From: Candidatus Undinarchaeales archaeon
GTDB taxonomy: Archaea > SpSt-1190 > JASMDC01
DNA length: 64,000 bases
NCBI GenBank assembly: GCA_030753015.1
Contig: JASMDC010000012.1
Location: 1 to 64,000, forward strand
Direction: 5' to 3'
Below the pieces are notes generated by a model. It had not been told where the DNA came from, did no database searches, and saw only the letters and a program-made list of their open reading frames with translations. Position 1 is the first letter of the stretch, and the number at the start of each line of letters is the position of its first letter. Position numbers and translations under genes: made by a program. Positions 9,968 through 17,322 of the stretch are shown here, piece after piece.

Positions 9968-11802
9968 TGCGCGCGCGACCGTGGACAGGCATCGGCCGGC
10001 GACGAGGCCAGGTCAGCCATATCGCCCTCCTCGGCATATCCTTGGCCGTGCTGATCATCGTGTTCCTCTTCCTCCGCTGGGGACGAGCGGAGCGCCAAGC
10101 GCGGACCATCGCCAGGGCAGGGACCGCGGCCGTGGACGATGCGCGGGACCTCGCTGAGATCGTGGAGAGCGCCCTGCGCGATGCCGTGGAGGAGGCGACC
10201 TACGAGCTCGGCCGCCATGGCGGCTATACTGCCGCGACCCTCCCGGGACCGACTGTCGGTGAGCGTCCCGTGTTCTTCCTCGGTGGACGGATGATACTCT
10301 TCCCGTCGGTTCGTGTCATGGAACAGCTGTTGGGACAAGAGGCGACCCGACGGTTGGGAGCACGGCTCGATGCTGTGCGCGCGGACGCGAACGGCACAAT
10401 CTCGTTCGGCGCCCCGCTGGTCACTGTCAAACTCAATGAGAACTCGGTGGAAGCGTCGCTGGAGCTGACCTACACATTGAACGCCGAGGGGGGGACCGCA
10501 CGCTCCGTGGAGGATATGAGCGTCGTCCTCGATCTCAGGCTGCGGGCCCTCTGGTCACGGGCGAAGGCCTATCTCGAGGCCTATGCGCGGGAGCGGTACA
10601 TGGAGCGGTCATTGCTGTCCGGTATAATCAACGACGAGCGCATCCCGAGCCCACCGGGGGGGCCGGGCGAGACCATGTCGTGCAGAAAGCGGAAGGTCCT
10701 GGCGACCGGGGGCGGGATGGCAGAACCCTTCTCGGAGAACGCCAGACTGTCCGTGGCCCGGGAGCTCCAACGGATACGCGAGGCCGCCGCCGACGAACGC
10801 GAGATCGAGTGGTCCATGCGCCTGACCTCGGAACGTGTCAACATGACCTTCCTGGCCAATCCTGGCACGCCCCTGAAGAGCAACGATACGATCGAGTACA
10901 TAGCAGTTCCCATCCCCTTCATCGACCGGCGTGGCGACGTAGATCCCATGTGCCTCAGCCGCTACAACGTGAGCTACACCGTCCGGTACCCCGTGATGAT
11001 GACCGTACGTGACCTCCGACCGGCGGCACGGGGCGCCCGGACCGGTGGGAGGCCGCTGGAGTTCGTGTTCGTGCTTGAGCCGTTCATGGCGGGCATCGAT
11101 CCCTTCGCCCGGCTCGGCGAGCTCTTCCCGCCCTCGGTGGATGACCTGTGCGCACCGTCCGGCCAATGCGAGATGGAACTGGCGGTCACCGGGCCGAACG
11201 ACATGCCCGTGGACGGCCGGGCGTGGCTGGACACGTGCGTGTACGGTTTCGAGAAGGGCAAGCTCGAACGGACACCGGTCCCCTGCGGTGAGCGGACCCT
11301 CATCGTCGAGGCATTGCTCCCACCAGGGCTCGGCCGATATGTGGAGCGTGTGGAGGTTGACGGGCTCCTCTCCCGTCGCATCCAGCTAGGCGCGCGTGGA
11401 AGGGTTCACGGCAGGGTGTACGTCAACGACCGGGTATGGTGCGCAGAGACGAAACGGGTGAAGGCCGAGAGCGAGCGAGCGCTCGGTTTCGTGGAGGGCG
11501 TCCCGCCGCGCGCCGTCCGCCTCCATCTCGTCCCCCTGGACGGAACCCTGGCGCTCGAGCTGTCCGCGGTCGCTGACGAGGAAGCACTGTACACCTTCCC
11601 CGAGGTGGACGCAGGTACGTACATGTTGCTGGCCCTCCCATCGACCGATGCCGCTAACCGGCCGGCATACAAGGTACGCTCCCGTGGCCTGGTCGTGACC
11701 GTGGGAATCGGGGACCTCGAGGTGCCCGTGGAGATGTACCCCCTCATCCCGGTCCACACGAGCAGGGGTTACGAGTACGTGACCCGGGTCGAGGACTGCT
11801 GA
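9967..11802 (+). CDS. large class III (prepilin-type) signal peptide protein, putative minor pilin/adhesin
   Basis: RRRG|QVSHIALLGISLAVLIIVFLFL N-terminus; YELGRHGGY segment; C-terminal carboxypeptidase-regulatory-like beta domains; TGATG overlap with upstream gene. Confidence 0.7.
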   Translation: MRARPWTGIGRRRGQVSHIALLGISLAVLIIVFLFLRWGRAERQARTIARAGTAAVDDARDLAEIVESALRDAVEEATYELGRHGGYTAATLPGPTVGERPVFFLGGRMILFPSVRVMEQLLGQEATRRLGARLDAVRADANGTISFGAPLVTVKLNENSVEASLELTYTLNAEGGTARSVEDMSVVLDLRLRALWSRAKAYLEAYARERYMERSLLSGIINDERIPSPPGGPGETMSCRKRKVLATGGGMAEPFSENARLSVARELQRIREAAADEREIEWSMRLTSERVNMTFLANPGTPLKSNDTIEYIAVPIPFIDRRGDVDPMCLSRYNVSYTVRYPVMMTVRDLRPAARGARTGGRPLEFVFVLEPFMAGIDPFARLGELFPPSVDDLCAPSGQCEMELAVTGPNDMPVDGRAWLDTCVYGFEKGKLERTPVPCGERTLIVEALLPPGLGRYVERVEVDGLLSRRIQLGARGRVHGRVYVNDRVWCAETKRVKAESERALGFVEGVPPRAVRLHLVPLDGTLALELSAVADEEALYTFPEVDAGTYMLLALPSTDAANRPAYKVRSRGLVVTVGIGDLEVPVEMYPLIPVHTSRGYEYVTRVEDC

Positions 11803-11845
11803 ACCCGGCGACGCACTCTTAATCCTTTGTGCTCTTTACGGGTGT

Positions 11846-12064
11846 ATGGACCTGCGCACTCTGCTCCTCACCGAGAACGTCGGCGGATGGGACCTGTTCC
11901 TGCGTGCGCTCTTCGGGAGCGTTGCAGTGGTCGCTCTGGCCATGGACCTCGTACCAGAGGGTACCGTACGTGGGGTTGTGGGGTTCATCGCCGCCGCCTG
12001 CCTGTTCACCTCGATAATGCGCCACTGCACACCCTACGTGCTCCTTGACTACAGTACTAAGTGA
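11846..12064 (+). CDS. DUF2892/YgaP-like small membrane protein
   Basis: ENVGGWD..LR..G start, two TM segments, CTPY.LL..ST end. Confidence 0.8.
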   Translation: MDLRTLLLTENVGGWDLFLRALFGSVAVVALAMDLVPEGTVRGVVGFIAAACLFTSIMRHCTPYVLLDYSTK

Positions 12065-12070
12065 ACCCGC

Positions 12071-13378
12071 TCACAGCGCGAACCGTTCTGTGACCACCTG
12101 ATCGTCAGGTACGCCGAGCTCGGCCAGTGTCGTCCTGAGCGCGTCCATCATGGGCGGCGGGCCGCAGATGAAATAAGTGGGGGCTGTAAGCTCCTCGATC
12201 TCGTCGCTCAGGACGAGACCGTCGACAAAACCGTGACGCATTCCCTCGACGGTCTCTTTGGAGAGAACGTGGACCACACGCAGCCAGTCGGACCCACGCT
12301 CAATGGCGGCCAGTTCCCCGAGGAAGGCGATGTCGCCCTGGGTCCGGTTGGCATATAGCAGCAGTGTCTGCGGTTGTGTATCCCCTTCCTTATGCATGGC
12401 ACGCAGCATGCTCATCAGGGGGGTGATGCCGATACCACCGGCGATGAGGACGAAGGGACCGGGCATGCTCCTGTTGGAGAACACACCGTACGGACCTTCT
12501 ACATGGGCCATGTCTCTTCGTTCGACCTTGCCGAGAAGGGCGGTGAAGTCGCCCGACTCCTTGATCGAGAACGAGATGGTGTCCCCACCCGGGGCCGAGG
12601 CGATGGTGAAGGGATGCTCCTCCACAGGGAGATCCTCGGATGTGAACGTGAGGAAGGCGAACTGTCCCGACTCGTGGCCAAGGACGGTACCGTCCGTCGG
12701 CCGGAGGGTGATCGTGTGAACGTCGTGTGTCTCGAGCTTGTTGGCGACGACCTCGTACTCGCTGCCCGCGAACGTAATGCGCCGGACCACGTACCGGTAC
12801 ACGACCGCCGCCACGGACACCGCGGCTAATAGCAGCCACCAGGTGTAGAGGGGGCGTCCGCTCTTGATGTCGGAACCGAGGAGGAGACTGTGAGAGAGAC
12901 CGATGGCTACCAGGAGATAGGTGAGGAGATGGACGAGCCGCCAGCGCTCGTACAGGAGCCCGAGCTGCTTGCGTTTGAGCACGCTGATCCAGATTATGCC
13001 GATGATCACGGCGCCGATGACGCCGCCCAGGATGTCAGTGCCGTACATGGTATAGGGGGCCATGATGTCCCCCTTCAGGAGCTGCCTGAGGAAGAGGAGC
13101 AAGGGGTGCAGGAGCACGAACAGCGCGATGAACTTGGCGTTCGCAGAATGCCAGCGCATGATGCGGTCGAGGCCGACACCGCGTTCGAGGATGCGCCAAC
13201 GGGAGGCCAGTACGAGCTGGACCGCGATGGCCGTGAGGGCAAGGGTGCCCGCTGCTTGCCCGAGGCTGTAGATGGACGGAGGGGCTGGCTGGGGCTGTAC
13301 GGTGATGACAAGCCCTGCTCCCATGAGACACACATAGAGCAGCTTGAGCGTGGCTGCCTTGTGGTCGTCCCGGAGCAT
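12071..13378 (-). CDS. ferric-reductase-like transmembrane domain plus FAD/NAD(P)-binding oxidoreductase
   Basis: GLDRIMRWH and WR..H heme-ligand helices; HPFTIAS, GPYG, AGGIGITP, CGPPPMM, terminal ERF; start uncertain (13378 or 13420). Confidence 0.88.
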   Translation of the reverse strand: MLRDDHKAATLKLLYVCLMGAGLVITVQPQPAPPSIYSLGQAAGTLALTAIAVQLVLASRWRILERGVGLDRIMRWHSANAKFIALFVLLHPLLLFLRQLLKGDIMAPYTMYGTDILGGVIGAVIIGIIWISVLKRKQLGLLYERWRLVHLLTYLLVAIGLSHSLLLGSDIKSGRPLYTWWLLLAAVSVAAVVYRYVVRRITFAGSEYEVVANKLETHDVHTITLRPTDGTVLGHESGQFAFLTFTSEDLPVEEHPFTIASAPGGDTISFSIKESGDFTALLGKVERRDMAHVEGPYGVFSNRSMPGPFVLIAGGIGITPLMSMLRAMHKEGDTQPQTLLLYANRTQGDIAFLGELAAIERGSDWLRVVHVLSKETVEGMRHGFVDGLVLSDEIEELTAPTYFICGPPPMMDALRTTLAELGVPDDQVVTERFAL

Positions 13379-13431
13379 GCATCGGTCAAGGACATGAAAG
13401 CTCAAATATCTGAGCAGCATGGCCTGGGTCC

Positions 13432-13845
13432 ATGCAGCCTGTCGTACGCCCTTTCAGAGAAGAGGACATCCCCGCTCTCATAGAGATGCTCACTCTCAAC
13501 GGCCAGTACGATTACCCCGAGATCGAGGGGCCAGAGGCCATGCGACGTGTGGCCGCGTGCGATGCGGCCGTGTTCCTCGTGGCAGAGGTGGAAGGCAGGT
13601 CCGTCGGGCTCGTCCGGGCGGTGTACGACGGATCCCGGGCACTTGTCCACTTGCTCTCGGTCCATCCGGACCAGCAGGGCCGGGGCGTGGGCACGACCCT
13701 CCTCCAGGCCTGTGTCGACGAGCTGGTCCGCCGCGGAGCACCCACGGTGAGCGTAACCGTGTCCGAGGCCAGTGCGGCCTTCTGGGAGAAGGTCGGGTTC
13801 GCACGGCTCCCGGTGTTCGTCATGCTCAAGGAGGTCGAGCGATGA
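13432..13845 (+). CDS. GNAT family N-acetyltransferase
   Basis: LSVHPDQQGRGVG acetyl-CoA motif; FWEKVGF. Confidence 0.9.
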   Translation: MQPVVRPFREEDIPALIEMLTLNGQYDYPEIEGPEAMRRVAACDAAVFLVAEVEGRSVGLVRAVYDGSRALVHLLSVHPDQQGRGVGTTLLQACVDELVRRGAPTVSVTVSEASAAFWEKVGFARLPVFVMLKEVER

Positions 13846-14309
13846 GACGCGCTGACCGAGAGGTCACGGACCGGGAAGAGATCGATTCAATCCTGGAACG
13901 GGCGACGGTTTGCCGGCTCGGGATGTGCGCTGATGGTAAACCGTACGTGGTACCGCTGAACTTCGGTCACAAGGACGGCCGTCTCTACTTCCATTCCGCG
14001 ACCGAGGGGAAGAAGCTCGATATCCTTCGTAGGAACGAGAAGGTCTGCTTCGAGGTGGACGTGGACACCGAGGTGATCCCCGCCCAGAGCCCGTGCGGGT
14101 GGGGGATGCGATATGCGAGCGTCATCGGGTCCGGGACCGCTTCCCTCGTAGAAAACCTTGACGAGAAACGCTCGGCGCTCGACATCATCATGGCGCATTA
14201 CGACGGTCAAGGGGCTGACTACCCCGAACCCATGCTCCGCAAGGTCACTATCATCAGGGTGGACATCGAGCACATGACTGGCAAACGTTCGAGACCAGAG
14301 GAACGCTAG
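13842..14309 (+). CDS. pyridoxamine 5'-phosphate oxidase-like/NimA-type flavin-binding protein
   Basis: MRRADRE, PYVVPLNF, LYFHSA.EGKK, YASVIG.G; ATGA overlap and GGAGG SD. Confidence 0.88.
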   Translation: MRRADREVTDREEIDSILERATVCRLGMCADGKPYVVPLNFGHKDGRLYFHSATEGKKLDILRRNEKVCFEVDVDTEVIPAQSPCGWGMRYASVIGSGTASLVENLDEKRSALDIIMAHYDGQGADYPEPMLRKVTIIRVDIEHMTGKRSRPEER

Positions 14310-15407
14310 ATGGACGATTATGCCCGTCTCTGGACGGTCCCGGACATCGATCCGAAGTGGTCGATGCGCTGGTACTGGTGGTTCTGGGTAGTGTTCCTGG
14401 ACGATCCCGCTGAGACGGCCCGTCCCCGCCAGCTCATGGTGCTGTGGACGTACAAGGAGGCGGCGACCTTGTTCAACGACATGCTCGTCCTGCCGGAGGA
14501 CGGCATCAAGAATGGGTCGGGGCGCGAGTCCTTCCCCGGCGTGGTGGCCGCCTGGTACTTCGACGGGGAGCGCATGGACCCCGAGCTGGCCTTCGAGCGG
14601 GGGACCCTTACAGCAGAGCACAATGCTGATGATCCCTGCAATGGACGCCTCTCCTTCGAGTCCGCGGTAGGTAACGAGTGTGCATTCTCAGGACAACCGA
14701 GGGACTGGCGGCTGCGCCTGCGCAATGAGAAGGTCGACGTGGACGTGTCCCTCCGCCTCGACGAGCCTGCGTCGTTTACCCGCCCGTCCCACATCCGGAA
14801 CCGCATCGTGGCAAAGAGGTTCATGTACAGCGCCCTGGAGCTCAACCGATGCACTGCGGCAGGTACCATCGACGGCGAGCAGGTGAAGGGCACAGCATAC
14901 TTCCAGCGCATCGGGCTCAACAGTCCCATGGGTCCCTGGTACTGGGGCGTGTTCCACTTCGCCGACGGATCGGTGCTCAAGTACTTCTTCCCCCACGTGT
15001 CCACCAGTGCCTTCCGCCACGATCCCGCCGAGAGGCTGCCGTGGCACGAGCGGTGGTTGCTGCCCGCGAGGCGGCAGGCGGAGTTCTACCACGCACCAAC
15101 GGACACCACCCACACCTTCTCCCGTGGTACTGTGGAGAAGGAGCTGGACGCTGATGGTCTCCCCACCTGGAGGCTGCGCGTCCATGACGACACCACGCAC
15201 CTGGACGCCACCCTGGATTCCTATGCTCGGGTTGTCTGGCGCTTCCGTCCCCATCGACCGCGACTCCCGCTCAACGACATGTACTACAACGAGTACCCCA
15301 CGCAGATTACTGCTTTCACGCTCGACGGTCCCGATGGCCGGCTGACCCTGGACGACCTCGGCCCCGGGGTGGGCAACACTGAGCATACCTGGGGCGGATT
15401 AGTGTGA
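14310..15407 (+). CDS. hypothetical protein, tocopherol-cyclase/CrtC-like double beta-barrel (tentative)
   Basis: Aromatic-rich WYWWFW, G.IDGEQVKGTAYFQ, PWYWG..HF.DG pattern. Confidence 0.55.
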   Translation: MDDYARLWTVPDIDPKWSMRWYWWFWVVFLDDPAETARPRQLMVLWTYKEAATLFNDMLVLPEDGIKNGSGRESFPGVVAAWYFDGERMDPELAFERGTLTAEHNADDPCNGRLSFESAVGNECAFSGQPRDWRLRLRNEKVDVDVSLRLDEPASFTRPSHIRNRIVAKRFMYSALELNRCTAAGTIDGEQVKGTAYFQRIGLNSPMGPWYWGVFHFADGSVLKYFFPHVSTSAFRHDPAERLPWHERWLLPARRQAEFYHAPTDTTHTFSRGTVEKELDADGLPTWRLRVHDDTTHLDATLDSYARVVWRFRPHRPRLPLNDMYYNEYPTQITAFTLDGPDGRLTLDDLGPGVGNTEHTWGGLV

Positions 15408-15412
15408 TCCCC

Positions 15413-16297
15413 TCATGTAGCGGATGATACAGGCCCGGCCTGCCCTCGCTGTACGAGTGGCGTCAGATACGGTGTGGCAGCGGCGATGTAGAGGACGGAC
15501 CACGCCATGAGGTCGTGCTCGGCAGCGGCTGCCGCACCGGCCAGGAAGGCGAGGTGGATGAGGAGGAATAATATGCAGGGGAGCGTCACGTCCACATCCG
15601 CGCACTGCTGTCGGGCGTGGGCGTACCACACACCTGCAATGAACGTGCCGCAGGAGAGGAGCCCGACGACGGCCTTGGCGTTCACGGGACCGATCACGTT
15701 CTCTACGTCGAGGTGGAGCCAGGCCACGCCAACGGGGAGGATGAGGAGCACCGGCATGATGGCCAGGAACAGGGAGCGCATGATGACGTTCGGGAAGACG
15801 CGCTTGACGGCCCTCGACGCAGACAGGTGATTGAACAGGAAAACGATGAGGAACCATCCCAGGAAGTTGCCAAGGGGGACACCGTAGAAGCTGTTGGCGA
15901 TATTCCAGTGCCAGAGGCCCACGGCCTCCGCCAGCGGATCGAGCATGAGATCGATGTTCACCGCAAGCGCCCCCATCATGAGGAATCCGACGGTGGAACG
16001 CGGTATCTGCATGGCTTGTACGATCTCGTGGGAGATGAAGATGATGACCACCCACCCGAGCACGATGACCAGCGGCACGTCCCCGATGGGGACCGGGAAG
16101 ATCCCGTTGTAGGTGTGGGACGCAAAGAGTCTCATGGTCAGGCCCTCCATGAGGAGGCCGGCCACCGCCATGGTAAGGAAGGTGCGGATGGTGGCGTTCC
16201 TGCCGTAGGTCCTGAGGCTGCTGAGAACGGCAAGCAGGAATACCAGCGGGATCAGCCCGTAGATGAACAGAGAGTGCAACGTGGCCTCGGCGATCAT
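15413..16297 (-). CDS. CruF/DUF422-like 'carotenoid biosynthesis' membrane protein
   Basis: GDVPL.IVLGW, DL.LDPLA, W.W, YGVPLGNFLGWF motifs; multiple TM segments. Confidence 0.8.
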   Translation of the reverse strand: MIAEATLHSLFIYGLIPLVFLLAVLSSLRTYGRNATIRTFLTMAVAGLLMEGLTMRLFASHTYNGIFPVPIGDVPLVIVLGWVVIIFISHEIVQAMQIPRSTVGFLMMGALAVNIDLMLDPLAEAVGLWHWNIANSFYGVPLGNFLGWFLIVFLFNHLSASRAVKRVFPNVIMRSLFLAIMPVLLILPVGVAWLHLDVENVIGPVNAKAVVGLLSCGTFIAGVWYAHARQQCADVDVTLPCILFLLIHLAFLAGAAAAAEHDLMAWSVLYIAAATPYLTPLVQRGQAGPVSSAT

Positions 16298-17322
16298 CGT
16301 CGTGCGGACCTCCGCGGATCGGGGACCACGTTGCAGTACTCGGCAAGGCCGTAGCCGGTCCGGTCCCCGCAGGTGAACACCGTGTAGCCATCGTGCAGCA
16401 CCAGGGGATACGGCTTGAATAGGAGCTTGAGCGGATTGTGCTCTCGCAAGGGGGGGATCCTGGAGATGCGCTTGACGTCCCCCTGGACCTTCAGTGTATG
16501 CGAGCCATAGCCAATGTCAAGGTCAACCTGCTTGTGAAGGCCCCGATGATCGTAGGTCGTTTCGACGTTGACATGCGTGACCGGATGGTTCACACCGTCC
16601 TTGTAGACGAATCCGGTGTAGATGTTCGTGGACCCCTTCTCCAGGCGCGAGCATTGGATGGTGAAGTCCTTGGAGAAGAACATTGTGAACAGTCGGTACC
16701 GGTCGACGAAGAGGAAGTCACGGACACCCCACGAGTGGTCCCGCTCGCCGAACCCTTCGATCTTCCGGGCGTCGCCATCGAGGGTGATCTCGCCTGTGAC
16801 CACACCGGACTGCTCGATATGGTCCAGGCCGATATCACCCCAGAAGTCCGGATCGACCTCCGATAGGAGCTGTCCGCCGTCAGTGTAGAGGTGATGGCCG
16901 AAGTGGAAGCATGGATTGATACCATCGAACGCCAGCTCGAAGGACACCGGGACCATCTTCTTCCTGGAGAGGAGCAGTCGGAGGGGGTGGGGTGGGAAGT
17001 CCTCGTTCTTGAACGCCATGAGCTCCCCTGTGTAAGAGAGTCGCCATCGCTTGAGGGGGACCTCTGCGTTCAGCTGCAGGCCTTTCAGGGAAAGGGGTCT
17101 CGGAAAACCATCAAGCGGTTCCCGCTTGATATCGACGAGGATTGTCTCCTCGTCGGGATGGAGCACCGTGGCATACTCGATCCGCTTCTGGTTGGGCCAG
17201 AGGGCCATGGTCACCAGCCCCTTGATGTTCGATGCGGGATCGAAGAAGGGGAAGAAGTGGCTCTCACGCCACAGGTGGTGGCTGTCAGGAGTGTGTAACG
17301 CCTCGTCCTTCTCGTTGATTAT
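16294..17322 (-). CDS. hypothetical lipocalin/tocopherol-cyclase-like beta-barrel protein, probable ATA start
   Basis: HIEQSG.V.G and GERDHSWGVRD motifs; frame stays open and protein-like (WRESHFFPFFD) upstream of 17214 to an ATA overlapping the upstream TAA. Confidence 0.7.
   Translation of the reverse strand: MINEKDEALHTPDSHHLWRESHFFPFFDPASNIKGLVTMALWPNQKRIEYATVLHPDEETILVDIKREPLDGFPRPLSLKGLQLNAEVPLKRWRLSYTGELMAFKNEDFPPHPLRLLLSRKKMVPVSFELAFDGINPCFHFGHHLYTDGGQLLSEVDPDFWGDIGLDHIEQSGVVTGEITLDGDARKIEGFGERDHSWGVRDFLFVDRYRLFTMFFSKDFTIQCSRLEKGSTNIYTGFVYKDGVNHPVTHVNVETTYDHRGLHKQVDLDIGYGSHTLKVQGDVKRISRIPPLREHNPLKLLFKPYPLVLHDGYTVFTCGDRTGYGLAEYCNVVPDPRRSARR

Noticed and set aside
164-11802. Integrative element at tRNA-Arg carrying the surface operon
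   Set aside because: No integrase, and I found no duplicated tRNA 3' end by eye; composition matches the rest of the window
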